From Candidatus Binatia bacterium (GTDB lineage Bacteria > Desulfobacterota > Binatia > UBA1149 > CAITLU01), in contig DASXOZ010000081.1 in assembly GCA_036493895.1 (NCBI GenBank), positions 201 to 64,200 on the forward strand: a DNA stretch of 64,000 bases, given 5' to 3'. The notes below the pieces were generated by a model. The model did no database searches and was not told the origin of the DNA. It worked only from the letters and a program-made list of their open reading frames with translations. The stretch's first letter is position 1. Every line of letters starts with the position of its first letter. Below, in pieces: positions 30,470-40,781 of this stretch. The translations under genes were made by a program, and so were the position numbers.

Positions 30470-31822
30470 ATGACAGTCGCCACCGCCGCCCGACCCTCTC
30501 TTTCGATCGACTGGAACGAGATCACCGAGCACGCGACGAGCCTGCTGTCGGATTACATCCGCATCAATACGACGAACCCTCCCGGCGGCGAGGAAGCCGG
30601 GGCCGTCTTCCTGCGCGAAGCGCTGGCGCGCGAAGGCATCGACTCGAAGTTCTACGATGCAGGCAAGGGACGGGTGTCGATGTCGGCGCGCGTGCCGGCG
30701 ACGGTGCAGCGAGGCAACAAGCCCATCGTGCTGCTCTCGCACATCGACGTCGTTCCGGTCGAGCGCGACCAGTGGAAGATCGACCCGTTCTCCGGCGCCG
30801 TCGTCGAGAACGTCATCTGGGGCCGCGGCGCCCTCGACATGAAAGGCATGGGCGTCATGGAGCTGATGACGATGGTGCTCGCGCGCCGTCACCACATCGC
30901 GCTCGACCGCGACCTCGTGTTCGTCGCCGTTGCCGACGAGGAAGAAGGCGGCATCTACGGCGTCCATCACCTGGCCGAGAAGCATCCCGAAGTGCTCGAG
31001 GCCGATTACGTCTTCAACGAGGGCGCCTACGGTTTCTGTGAGTTCATGGGCCGCGAGGCGAAGATCGTCGGCATCGGGCCGAGCGAGAAATCCCCTTGCT
31101 GGCTGCGTTTTCGCGCGACCGGGCTGCCCGGCCACGCTTCGGTTCCGCACTCGAAAAACGCGCTGGTCAAGCTCGTCAAGGCGCTGGCGCGAGTCGAGGC
31201 GGCCGACAGGCGCGCCGTGCTGACGCCGGCGGTCGAAGCGATGCTGCGCACGCTGGCCCAGCGCGGCTACCTGCCCGAAGACCTCGATCCGCGCGACGAG
31301 GCGACGCTTTCGATGCTGACGTCGGTCGACGCGCACCTGTCGGCGATCACGCACGACACCGTGAGCATCACCAGCGTGCACGCCGGACAGAAGATCAACG
31401 TCATTCCCGGCGCTGCCGAGGCCACCGTGGACTGCCGGCTGCTGCCGACGACGGATCCGAAGGAATTCGTTGCCGAGATCCGGCGCATCGTCGACGATCC
31501 CGACATCGAGGTGAGCGTCGTCTACCAGCACGATTCCGGGATGTCGTCGATGGATACGCCGGTCGTCAGCATCGCGGCCGAGGTCGTTCGCGAGAAGCTC
31601 GGCGAGGATTCGTTCCTGATGCCGCTGCTCTCGCCGGGATTCACGGATTCGCACGCGTACCGCGCGGCGGGCGCGCAGGCCTACGGGTTCACGCCGGCGC
31701 TGCTGACGCGCGAGGAGCTTGCGACCATCCACGGGCACAACGAGAGGATCAGCGTCGCCAACATGCGGCTGGGCACCGAAGTGCTGTTCGAGGTCGTGCG
31801 GCGGCTGGCATCGCACGGGTAG
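30470..31822 (+). CDS. M20-family metallopeptidase (ArgE/DapE/carboxypeptidase G2-like)
   Basis: SHIDVVPV, GRGALDMKG, VAVADEEEGG, and a dimerisation domain. 450 aa. Confidence 0.85.
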   Translation: MTVATAARPSLSIDWNEITEHATSLLSDYIRINTTNPPGGEEAGAVFLREALAREGIDSKFYDAGKGRVSMSARVPATVQRGNKPIVLLSHIDVVPVERDQWKIDPFSGAVVENVIWGRGALDMKGMGVMELMTMVLARRHHIALDRDLVFVAVADEEEGGIYGVHHLAEKHPEVLEADYVFNEGAYGFCEFMGREAKIVGIGPSEKSPCWLRFRATGLPGHASVPHSKNALVKLVKALARVEAADRRAVLTPAVEAMLRTLAQRGYLPEDLDPRDEATLSMLTSVDAHLSAITHDTVSITSVHAGQKINVIPGAAEATVDCRLLPTTDPKEFVAEIRRIVDDPDIEVSVVYQHDSGMSSMDTPVVSIAAEVVREKLGEDSFLMPLLSPGFTDSHAYRAAGAQAYGFTPALLTREELATIHGHNERISVANMRLGTEVLFEVVRRLASHG

Positions 31823-32018
31823 AGTTGGCGGTCGGCTCGCTCCGCTGGCGACGCCCGGTGGGCTAGCCGATTGTCGGCGCGTGCGGTCGCGCAATGGTTC
31901 GACGCCGCGCCCGCCCGCTGGTTACCGCGACCGGCTCCTTCCAGCGACGCCGCAGTGGTCCTTGTCGCGGCCGCGGTGCGAGCCACAATGGCCGCATCGA
32001 CCCGAAGGAGCTGGACCA

Positions 32019-32486
32019 ATGAACAAGACCGGCCACGCCGCTGCCACCCAGGAACACCCGATGACCGACGTCGTGCGCAGCGCCATCGTCGCATCGCCGC
32101 TGGCCGCGCTGCTCGGAATCGAGCTGGTCGAGGTCGCCGACGACCTGGTGCGCGCCAGGCTGCCGTTTCGCACGGAGGTGACGACGATCGGCGATCTGGT
32201 GCACGGCGGCGCGATCGCTGCGCTCGTCGACGTCGCGGCGACTGCGGCAGCGTGGACCCGCGCCGACCTGTCGCGCTCGCCCCGTGGAACGACGATCGGC
32301 TTCAGCCTGAACTACCTGAACGGCGCCGTCGCGACGGACCTCGTGGCAACGGCCACCGTGATCCAGCGAGGCAAGTCGGTGCAGGTGATCGAGGTGGACG
32401 TGCGCGGGACGGGAGAAAAGGCGATCGCGCGCGCGACGGTGACATACAAGCTCGACCACAAGGCGGAGGTGCGCCCAGCCGCGTAA
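32019..32486 (+). CDS. PaaI-family hotdog thioesterase
   Basis: aaggag RBS before the ATG at 32019. GDLVHGGAIAALVDVAATAAAW and the hotdog core. Confidence 0.75.
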   Translation: MNKTGHAAATQEHPMTDVVRSAIVASPLAALLGIELVEVADDLVRARLPFRTEVTTIGDLVHGGAIAALVDVAATAAAWTRADLSRSPRGTTIGFSLNYLNGAVATDLVATATVIQRGKSVQVIEVDVRGTGEKAIARATVTYKLDHKAEVRPAA

Positions 32487-32502
32487 AGACCGAACGCCGC
32501 GC

Positions 32503-34404
32503 TTACGCGCCGTCGAGCGCGCCCGCGTGCTCGCGGATCGCCTCGAGGAAAGCCTCCCCGTACTGCTCCAGTTTCTTCTGCCCGACCCCGGTGATCGCCG
32601 AGAGCGACGCTCGTGTCAGCGGAAGATCTCGCGCCATCTCGCGCAGCGTGACATCGCCGAAGACGATGTAGGCGGGCACGGACTGGGCATCGGCGAGGCT
32701 GCGACGCAGGATCCTCAGCCTGTCGAACAAGGCCTCGTCACAGGCAATCTCGCCGGCGGGCCCTTTCGAGGGCCGCGGGGAAGAAGCTACCGCCTCTTTC
32801 CGCGATCGCGGAGGCGGAGCCTTCGTCAGCATCACCGTGCGGCGCGAACGCAGCGCCTCCATTCCGGCGTCGGTGACGAAGACCGTGGGAAACTCGCCCG
32901 TCTCGGTCTCGAGATAGCGAAGACGAATCAGCTCGCGGCCAATGGCCTGCCACTGGCTGCGCGAATATTCGCCGCCGATGCCGTAGGTCGTCAGTGCCTG
33001 GTGGCCCCAGCGGCGGATCCGCTCGGTGTCGGCACCGGTCAGGACCTCCGCATGATGCGACAGGCCGAACGTCGCATCGCCGCGAAACCCGCTCACACGG
33101 GCGCGATGAATGCTGCTGAGCAGCTTCTGCACCGCCAGCGTCGCGTCCCACGCCTGGTGCGGCTCCAGGCAGTTGTCGCACGCGCCGCAGCCGCCGTCGG
33201 GCGAGGCGTCGCCGAAGTAGGCGAGCAGCACCCGGCGCCTGCACTCGCCTGTCTCTCCGTAGTCGATCATCTGGCGGAGCTGGGCCTGCGCGACCTGCTG
33301 CTGGTGCGCGTCGCTGATCTCGTCGACGAACGCGAGCTGGCGGGCGACGTCCGAAGCGCGAAACAGCAGCAGGCATTCGGCCGGCAGCCCGTCGCGGCCG
33401 GCGCGGCCGGTTTCCTGGTAATAACCCTCGATGTTCTTCGGAAGGTCGTGGTGGATGACGAAACGGACGTTGGGTTTGTTGACGCCCATGCCGAACGCGA
33501 TGGTCGCGCAGACCACGCGCGCCTCGTCGCGCAGGAACGCATCCTGGTTTGCGCTGCGCGCGCGCTCGCCGAGTCCTGCATGGTACGGCACGGCGGCCAC
33601 GCCGTGGCGCACGAGGTGCTCTGCCAGCGTCTCGCAGCTCTTGCGGCTCTGGCAGTAAACGATTCCGCTGTCGCGCGGACGTGCGCGCACGAACGCGAGC
33701 ACCTGCGCCGACGGCTTGTCCTTTTCGGCGACGCGATAGTGAAGGTTCGGCCGGTTGAAGGTTCCGATGAACACGCAGGCTTCACGCAGGCGAAGCTGCG
33801 CGAGGATGTCGCTTCGAACCCGTTCGGTTGCCGTCGCCGTGAGCGCCAGCAGCGGAACCGCCGGCAGCAGGTCGCGGAGCTCGGCCAGGCGACGATATTC
33901 CGGGCGAAAATCGTGTCCCCACTCCGAGATGCAGTGCGCTTCGTCGACGGCGACGGCGGCGACGTTCCACTGGCGCAGCCGCTCGAAGAACGTGCCGGCG
34001 AACAGCCGCTCCGGCGCGACGTAGAGCAGGCGGTAACGGCCGTCGTGAAGGTCTCGCAGGCGGCGCCTGGCCTCGTTTTCATCGAGCGTCGAGTTGAGGA
34101 AAGTGGCGGCGACGCCGGTGGCGGTCATCGCGTCGACCTGGTCCTTCATCAGCGCAATGAGCGGAGAGATGACGACTGTCAGGCCGGGGCGCAGCAGCGC
34201 GGGGAGTTGGTAGCACAGGGACTTTCCGCCGCCCGTTGGCAGCAGCGCGAGCACGTCGCGGCCCGCGAGCGTCGCAGCGACGATCTCCTGCTGCAGCGGA
34301 CGAAACGTGTCGTAGCCGAACACCTCCCGCAATTTGGTGTGCAAGACACCCGCGTCTGGAACGTCGGAGTACCTGGTGGGTTCGATGGAACCGCTGGCCG
34401 CCAT
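32503..34404 (-). CDS. recQ: ATP-dependent DNA helicase RecQ
   Basis: Helicase motifs (LPTGGGKSLCYQLPAL, DEAHCISEWGHDFR, GMGVNKPNVRFVIH), the RecQ zinc-binding region (CGACDNC), a winged helix and an HRDC-like C-terminus. Confidence 0.9.
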   Translation of the reverse strand: MAASGSIEPTRYSDVPDAGVLHTKLREVFGYDTFRPLQQEIVAATLAGRDVLALLPTGGGKSLCYQLPALLRPGLTVVISPLIALMKDQVDAMTATGVAATFLNSTLDENEARRRLRDLHDGRYRLLYVAPERLFAGTFFERLRQWNVAAVAVDEAHCISEWGHDFRPEYRRLAELRDLLPAVPLLALTATATERVRSDILAQLRLREACVFIGTFNRPNLHYRVAEKDKPSAQVLAFVRARPRDSGIVYCQSRKSCETLAEHLVRHGVAAVPYHAGLGERARSANQDAFLRDEARVVCATIAFGMGVNKPNVRFVIHHDLPKNIEGYYQETGRAGRDGLPAECLLLFRASDVARQLAFVDEISDAHQQQVAQAQLRQMIDYGETGECRRRVLLAYFGDASPDGGCGACDNCLEPHQAWDATLAVQKLLSSIHRARVSGFRGDATFGLSHHAEVLTGADTERIRRWGHQALTTYGIGGEYSRSQWQAIGRELIRLRYLETETGEFPTVFVTDAGMEALRSRRTVMLTKAPPPRSRKEAVASSPRPSKGPAGEIACDEALFDRLRILRRSLADAQSVPAYIVFGDVTLREMARDLPLTRASLSAITGVGQKKLEQYGEAFLEAIREHAGALDGA

Positions 34405-34570
34405 TCGGGGGAACTACCACGTTGGGGCACGCCGCGCGATGACAGTGCGTGCATGTTTCCTGCGTAGCGCGATCGCTGCGCACTGGCGCGGTCGCGCGGA
34501 GATGTGCACCGCCACAGTTGGGCGCTGGGGGACGAACTCGCGGGCGGAGGCGGTGCGTAGTAGTACCCTT

Positions 34571-34606
34571 CTGGATAGGCTGGATAGGCTGGATAGGCTG
34601 GACAGC
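34571..34606. repeat. 3.5 tandem copies of a 9-mer (ctggatagg) in the recQ / hydrolase divergent intergenic region
   Basis: ctggatagg ctggatagg ctggatagg ctggacagc, read directly. Confidence 0.8.
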
Positions 34607-34695
34607 TGCAAGGCGCGGATCAAGGTCTGCGACAAGGGCGGCAGATTCGATTCGCAGCGACCAGGCGCCGGCGTCCAGGATCCAGGAGTGAGGCG

Positions 34696-35412
34696 ATGAA
34701 CGTCCTGTTCGTGCACGGCTTCGGAGGTGCCCGCGGCGCAGTTGAGCGCTCGCTGGCCGACGCCGCGCGCGGAGGGCCGCACTATTTCCTGCCTGTGCGC
34801 TGGCCGAGCGGCGACCTTCGCGAGATGCGCGCCCGCGCCGTCATCGAAGTGGCGCGCCGCGTTGCGCGCAAGAGGAGCCTTCACCGGGGCCTCGTTGACG
34901 CTGCCGTTTACGGAACCCAGCAGGCCTCGCTCGCCTGGCACCAGGCGATCGCGAACGTGCCGGCGGGTGCAGCCGAGCTCGGCGTTGCCGTCGAGTCGCT
35001 GCACGCGACGGGCCATGAGATCTCGGTGATCGCGTTCAGCCTCGGCTGTCGCGTCGTGCTTTACGCGATCGCCGCCGGCGTGATCACGCCGGGCAGCGTA
35101 GACCGTCTCGTCTTCGCCGGCTCGGCTGCCCCGGCCTCCGGCTTCGAGGGCCTTCCGCGGCTGATTGCCGGCGGCACCCGCATCCTGCACGTGTTCTCAC
35201 GCCGTGACGCTGTTCTCGACCGGCTCTATCCGCGCGGGGATAGCAATGAGAAGCCATCCGGACGCGACACGCTCGCGATCGACGGGGTGGAGAACGTCGA
35301 GGTCGACGTCGGCCACCGTGGCTACCCGTCGATCGCTGCCGACCTGTGGAAGCTCGCGACCAGCCGCGAGCCCCACGCCGTTACGGCGCAGTGTTCGTCC
35401 CGTTCCCGTTGA
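34696..35412 (+). CDS. Alpha/beta-hydrolase-fold protein (lipase/esterase-like, DUF676-type)
   Basis: MNVLFVHGFGG, the nucleophile elbow AFSLGCRV (GxSxG), and a downstream Asp/His. Confidence 0.7.
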   Translation: MNVLFVHGFGGARGAVERSLADAARGGPHYFLPVRWPSGDLREMRARAVIEVARRVARKRSLHRGLVDAAVYGTQQASLAWHQAIANVPAGAAELGVAVESLHATGHEISVIAFSLGCRVVLYAIAAGVITPGSVDRLVFAGSAAPASGFEGLPRLIAGGTRILHVFSRRDAVLDRLYPRGDSNEKPSGRDTLAIDGVENVEVDVGHRGYPSIAADLWKLATSREPHAVTAQCSSRSR

Positions 35413-36166
35413 GATCGTCGGCTCCCTGACGCACGCCGGTTGCGGTGTCGTGGCCCGCATCCCTGGCGCCTTGCGCCGCATCGTGGGCGGCTTCACCCGG
35501 GTGACCATGCACCACGTCGTGCGCGGCGTCGCGCGCTCCCCGTGCGGTGTCGTGCGCAGCGTTGCCGACACCATGGGCAGTATCGCGCACAGCCTCGCCG
35601 GTGCGGTGGACGGGGCGGGTGGCCGCCGTCGTCGTACGATGGGTGGTGGTGCGATGGGTAGTCGTGGTCTTGTGCACCGTTCGATGCACCGTTCGGTCGG
35701 TCCCATGCACGACGCGCGAAGCGTCGCCGGTCGCGCGATGTACGGCGCGCGCCGACGCATCGGCCGCGTGGTCGATGGTCTCGTGGGTTGCGTGTCCGAC
35801 GGCTCTTGCCGTGTTCCCGGCCGCGTGGCCGGCGGCCCGCCACGGATGCTCCTGGCTATGCGTGGTGCGCGTCTGCGTGCGGGTCTCGGAGGTGGTTGCC
35901 GGATACTGCTGCGTGCGCGTATCGGTACGCGTTTCCGAGCCGGCCGCGGGATACGGCGGGTTGCGCGTATCGGGACCGGCAGCGGGATACTGCTGTGCGC
36001 CGGTATCGGGTCCGGTGGCGGGGTCGGGGTACTGTTGCGCTGCGGCCATCCGCGGCACGAGCGCCGCCGCGACGATCAGCGCGAATGCCGCGGTTGCATG
36101 CCCTGTCGCAAAATGGCGCGAGGTGGAACGATACGGGGCGGATGGGGTTCTGTGGTGTGTTCTCAT
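35381..36166 (-). CDS. Secreted, internally repetitive His/Thr/Ala-rich protein of unknown function
   Basis: Signal-peptide-like N-terminus (ATAAFALIVAAALVPRMAAAQ), QQYPxxGPDT repeats, then periodic His (HRTVHKTTTTHRTTTHRTTT; AHDTARGARDAAHDVVHGHPGEAAHDAAQGARDAGHD). Its 3' end overlaps the hydrolase gene by 32 nt on the opposite strand. It could instead be a low-complexity artefact. Confidence 0.4.
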   Translation of the reverse strand: MRTHHRTPSAPYRSTSRHFATGHATAAFALIVAAALVPRMAAAQQYPDPATGPDTGAQQYPAAGPDTRNPPYPAAGSETRTDTRTQQYPATTSETRTQTRTTHSQEHPWRAAGHAAGNTARAVGHATHETIDHAADASARAVHRATGDASRVVHGTDRTVHRTVHKTTTTHRTTTHRTTTAATRPVHRTGEAVRDTAHGVGNAAHDTARGARDAAHDVVHGHPGEAAHDAAQGARDAGHDTATGVRQGADDLNGNGTNTAP

Positions 36167-36310
36167 GCCGTCATCTTAACTCCCGGGAAAAGGCCGGGAA
36201 GCGGGTTCGGCGCGGGTATCGCTTAAGTTTCCCCCTTCCGGCTGGCAATCTGGCGCCGGCAATCGCCGGCGCGGCCCTTCGGGGTGAATCGCGGCGCGGG
36301 GGAGGCAGAC

Positions 36311-37057
36311 GTGGCACTGAAGGAGGAATTCGCCAAATCGGGCGCGCTGCTGTTCCAGTGGCGCAGCTACCTGCCGCTGGTATTCCTTCCGCTGTTCCTC
36401 GTCGCGATGCGCGACCTCGCGCACGTCAGCGCAGACGACAGCCTCGGCGAGCGCTGGGGATTCTTCTGCATCGGCGTTTCGTTCGCCGGGCTTGCGCTGC
36501 GGGCATTTGTCGTCGGGCAGACTCCGGCCCGTACTTCGGGACGCAACACGCGCGAGCAGGTGGCGGATTCGCTCAACACCACCGGCATGTATTCGGTGGT
36601 GCGTCATCCCCTGTATCTCGGCAACTTCATTGCATGGACGGGAGTGGCGATGTTCACGCAGAGTTTTCTCGTCGTGCTCGTCAGCGTGCTCGCGTTCGCG
36701 CTCTACTACGAGCGCATCATGTTCGCCGAAGAGAAATTCCTTCGCGAGAAGTTTCGCGGCGACTTCGATCGCTGGGCCGACCGCACACCGGCGTTCGTTC
36801 CCCGCTTTTCGCAGTGGAGGAAATCGGCGGTGCCGTTCTCGTGGGGGCTTGCGGCCGAGCGCGAGTACTCGGGGATGTTTGCGATCGTCGTGACGTACAG
36901 CGTCCTGGAGCTTGCCAGGGGCTGGTTCCAGCGCGGGACCGCGCACGTGGATCCCGCGTGGGCGATCTTTTTCGTCGCGGGTACGGCGGCGTATGTCTGG
37001 CTGCGTTCGCTGAAAAAGAAGCGACGGCGCGCGGCTTCGGTGTCTTCGAGGCTGTGA
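36311..37057 (+). CDS. Isoprenylcysteine carboxyl methyltransferase (ICMT) / phospholipid methyltransferase family membrane protein
   Basis: VVRHPLYLGNFIAWTGVAMF and YYERIMFAEEKFLREKFG are ICMT/PEMT signatures across 4-5 TM helices. A GTG start at 36311 is preceded by gggggagg; the GTG at 36284 is an alternative. Confidence 0.75.
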   Translation: MALKEEFAKSGALLFQWRSYLPLVFLPLFLVAMRDLAHVSADDSLGERWGFFCIGVSFAGLALRAFVVGQTPARTSGRNTREQVADSLNTTGMYSVVRHPLYLGNFIAWTGVAMFTQSFLVVLVSVLAFALYYERIMFAEEKFLREKFRGDFDRWADRTPAFVPRFSQWRKSAVPFSWGLAAEREYSGMFAIVVTYSVLELARGWFQRGTAHVDPAWAIFFVAGTAAYVWLRSLKKKRRRAASVSSRL

Positions 37058-37063
37058 CGCCGG

Positions 37064-39276
37064 TCAACTCGCCGCGACGCCCGACCAGTCGTGCTCCAGC
37101 GGGCCGCTTGCCGGCCGCACGTCGACGACGAAACCCGTCAGGTGCGCCATTCCGGAGATCTTTTCGATGCGCCCGGGCCCGTCTGGAGACAGCAGGTTGA
37201 CGTTGACGCCGCGAGTCTTGCTCGCGACCGAAAGGCCGGTCGCGGCCTGGTGGCCCCAGCCGTGCGGCAGCGCGACGGTGCCCGGCATCAGCTCGGGCAG
37301 CAGGCGCACCGGCACGCGCACGGTGGCGGTGTCGGTCGTGACGTCGGCGAGTGCGCCTTCGGTGAGGCCGGCGCGCCCCGCGTCGTCGGGATGCATGTAG
37401 AGATAGTTCGTCACGCGGTCGGCGTCGACGAATTCTTCGAGGTTGTGGGTCCACGAGTTGTGCGTGGTCACTGCGCGGCGCGTGATCAGCTTCAGCTTGC
37501 TGGCGTTTTCCCGCTCGGATGCAAAGTCCGATTCGAGCTTGGCCGCCTGCGCGACCAGGGCCGGCGGCGCGAGGTCCACGCGCTGGTCCTCGGTGATCAC
37601 GCGCTTGCCGAGAAAGGTTCCCGCCTGGTGATCCGGCCGCGGGCGGCCGTGCTTTTCGCGAAGCAGCTTGCGGAACCCGCCCTGGCGCGTGGCGCGCAGG
37701 ATCGCCGAAAGGAGCGCTTTTTGCGGCACCGACGGCTGCGCGTCCTTGCTTCGCAGCGAATTCAGGCTGCGCGCGAATTCGAGGGAGGCCTGCACCGGCC
37801 TGGATCCGAACAGGCTGACGCCGCTGGCGCGGGCGAGGTCGAGGTAGATCGTCGCTTCGTCGCGCTGCTCGCCCTCGGGATCGACGACGCGGTCGGTTGC
37901 CTGGAGGTAGGGCTTCGACTGCAGCCCGAGCATCAACGGGAAGATGAACGGAAGGTCGGGTCTCTGCAGCGGAGAGGTGCACGGCAGGTTGTAGTGCGCG
38001 AGCTGCCCCGTCTCCGAACGAAAGATGTCGAGCGTGACGAGAAGCTCGAGCTTGGCGAACGAATCGCGCAGCCTGGCGCTGTTGGCCATGGTCAGCAGAG
38101 GGTTGCCGCCGGTGACGAACAGCGCCCGCACCTGGCCGCGGCCCGGAGTCAGGATTTCATCGGCGAGGATGCCGCCGGGAAATGCATCGTTGGTCGAACG
38201 GAAGCCGCCGACGCGCGACTCGTGGTTCGACAGCAGCGTGCCGGTCTTCTTGCCGAACGCGATGAAGTCGGTGACGCCCATCCCGACCAGGGTGCCGCCG
38301 CTGCGATCGAGGTTTCCGGAAACGGCGTTGATGCACTCCTGGATCCAGAACGCGAGCGAGCCGTTGCCGCCCATGTTGACGCCGGTGGAGCAGTACATCG
38401 CGGCGCCGGCGGCCTTGCGGTAACAGGTGACCATTTCCTGCAGCTTTTCGGCCGGGATCTGCGTAACCTCTGCCGTCCGCTGCGGTGTCCACGGTTCGGC
38501 GATTTTCTCGAGATCGTCGAAGCCGCGCATGTGCGCGGCGACGCGGGCGCGATCGACTCCGCCGGTGGCGATGAGCTCGCGAAGGAACGCCAGGAAGAAA
38601 AACACGTCGGTGCCCGGCCGGATGAAGACGTGCTCGCCGGCAACCTTGGCCGTTTCGGTGCGGCGCGGATCGACGATGAAGATCTTCGCGCCGCGCTCTT
38701 CCATGTCGCGAAGGCGCTTGATGGGGTTGGAGACCTGCAGGAAGCTCCACTTGGAGATCGCAGGGTTGGCGCCGGTGATCACGAGGCAGTCGGTGCGGTC
38801 GAGGTCGGGAAACGGTTGCGTGAACGGGAACCCGTAGACCTGGCGTGCCACGGCGAACTTGTTCGCGCAGTCCTGGGTTGCCGACGAATACATGCTGCGG
38901 CTGCCGAGCCCGGTCATGAAGCCCTGCGCGAAGGCGGGATGCAGCACGCCGAAGCCGGCAGCGGTGCCGACGTACATCGCGATCGAGTCCGGCCCCGTGT
39001 CCTCGCTGATCGCGCGGACTTTCTGCCCGATCTCGTAGTTGGCCTGCTCCCACGAAATGCGCTGCCAGCTCGTTCCGACCCTCTTGGTCGGGTACATCAG
39101 CCGGTCGGGCGAATCGTACATGCGGTGCTGCTTGAGCCCCTTGGCGCACGCGAAACCGCTGGTGGCAACGTGCTCGGCATCGGGGCGGATCGCGGTGACG
39201 CGTCCTTCTTCGACGTCCACTTCGAGGCCGCAGAGGGCCTCGCAGATGCGGCAGAAGGTGTGGCGCGTCTCCTTCA
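37064..39276 (-). CDS. Molybdopterin (bis-MGD) oxidoreductase of the MopB superfamily, FdhF/NasA-like cytoplasmic type with an N-terminal [4Fe-4S] Cys motif
   Basis: 737 aa from the ATG at 39276. CRICEALCGLEV...CAKG is the CxxCxxxC...C motif; the rest resembles MGD-binding domains. No Tat signal. Confidence 0.85.
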
Positions 39277-39293
39277 TCTCTTCTCGTCGCGCT

Positions 39294-39725
39294 TCAGCGC
39301 ATCCCGTCGAGGAAGGCGGCCTGGGACTCCGAATCGAGGCGGCGGTAATAGCAGGTCCGGCGCGTGCGGCCCGAAGAGTCTTTCGTGTGGCAGCAGCCGC
39401 CGCGCGTGGGCCGCACGACGTACAGCAGCGAGTTCTGCTCGCAGTTGATCCGCACGTCGACCAGCTCGAGCACGTCGCCGGAGGTTTCACCCTTGCGCCA
39501 CAGCTCGTTGCGGGAGGTGGACCACAGCACCGCGCGGCGCGTCTTCAGCGTTTCCGCGAGCGCGAGATCGTTCACGTAGCCGATGTAGAGTACGTCCTTG
39601 CTCTCGGAATCCTGGAGAACGACCGGGACGACGTGCTGGCCCTTCTCGCCGATTTTCGCGAGCTTGGCGAAATCGAGCTGGACACCGGTTCCTTCTTCGA
39701 GTTTCGCTTCGAGTTGCGCGGACAT
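39294..39725 (-). CDS. hisI: Phosphoribosyl-AMP cyclohydrolase
   Basis: VPVVLQDSESKDVLYIGYVNDLALAETLKTRRAVLWSTSRNELWRKGETSGDVLELVDVRINCEQNSLLYVVRPTRGGCCHT aligns with the HisI core (WxKGxTSG, CHT). Its stop lies 17 nt upstream of the MopB start on the same strand. Confidence 0.8.
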   Translation of the reverse strand: MSAQLEAKLEEGTGVQLDFAKLAKIGEKGQHVVPVVLQDSESKDVLYIGYVNDLALAETLKTRRAVLWSTSRNELWRKGETSGDVLELVDVRINCEQNSLLYVVRPTRGGCCHTKDSSGRTRRTCYYRRLDSESQAAFLDGMR

Positions 39726-39984
39726 GGGGCTCCTGGTGCGCGGGTGATCCGGGCGCAGCGCCGGTCGTTGTAGCGGAGGAGCGGAGACGAGTCACCCGCG
39801 GCGCTGGCGGCGGGGAATCGGCGGGGCGGCGTAGCGGGACCGGGATGTTACGGGCGGTGATCGAAGCAGGGCTCCCGTACGGGGTTTCCCTTCCTTCAGG
39901 CGGTGCGCAGGCGGAATACACTGACCGGGTCAACGCGGCGGTATCGCGTTAAGCGGGTCAAGAGATTTGGAGTTAGGCAGTGGG

Positions 39985-40617
39985 ATGATTCGCACGATTC
40001 TAATCTTCGGCACGCTCGTCGGGCTCAGCGGCTGTCCGGTCTATCACCTCAACGATCTTCCCGAATCTCAGTCGGTCGATCAGCCTGTTCTTTTCAATCG
40101 GCCCGGCTCGCTCGTACATGAGGCGTCGGGGCTCAAATTCGCTGAGTGGTACGATCACTTTCAGCGCGTGACCGCCTACCAATACGACACACTCGGGACG
40201 AACGTTGGCATTGGGTACAACGACCGACGACCGGAGTGTCTTATCGTTGCCACATTTTACCTGTACCCAACTCCACCCATGAGCTTCATCGGTGCTTCGC
40301 CCAACGCGGTCGCCTCGATTGAGGGCAACTGGCTCGAGCAGGAATTCGCCCGAGGTATGGCGGCGATCGAGAAGTATCACCCGACTCTAGAGTCGCCCGT
40401 CATTGCCGCTTCCACGACGCCAGTTGTCGGGACAGTCCTACGCGGCTCCTCGTTCACGTTTCATGAGTCGGGCGAGTTCTCCGAGCTTCGGCTGTTCGTC
40501 TATCGACACCAGTGGTTTCTCAAGTTCCGATTCACCTATCCGGACTCATGCAGTGCTGAGGCTGAGTCGAGGCTGGAAGCCCTAGTTGCGAATCTGCCGT
40601 GGGCCGTCGCGCAGTAA
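39985..40617 (+). CDS. Lipoprotein of unknown function inside a lower-GC island
   Basis: Lipobox MIRTILIFGTLVGLSGC. 210 aa with no recognisable domain. Local GC is about 58%, against about 70% in the flanks. Confidence 0.55.
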   Translation: MIRTILIFGTLVGLSGCPVYHLNDLPESQSVDQPVLFNRPGSLVHEASGLKFAEWYDHFQRVTAYQYDTLGTNVGIGYNDRRPECLIVATFYLYPTPPMSFIGASPNAVASIEGNWLEQEFARGMAAIEKYHPTLESPVIAASTTPVVGTVLRGSSFTFHESGEFSELRLFVYRHQWFLKFRFTYPDSCSAEAESRLEALVANLPWAVAQ

Positions 40618-40781
40618 ACTTCTAAACTCATCAGAGGTTTTCAGAGATTCTCACGGCCCTGGCTAGATTCGCGCGGAGAACGTCGGTACATCGCAATGCC
40701 TAGTTTTTCACTCAACCGGCCAGCCGGGCGGACGTCCAGCTCGACTCTGGCGACAGTAGCGGCCGCCGGTTACTTCAGTCG

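Noticed and set aside
35165-36226. 353-aa plus-strand ORF
   Set aside because: It starts inside the alpha/beta hydrolase gene in another frame and is the complement of the repetitive secreted-protein ORF. It was judged to be the antisense shadow, though strand assignment of the repetitive gene itself remains uncertain.
37091-39448. 785-aa plus-strand ORF
   Set aside because: It is antisense to the well-supported molybdopterin oxidoreductase gene.
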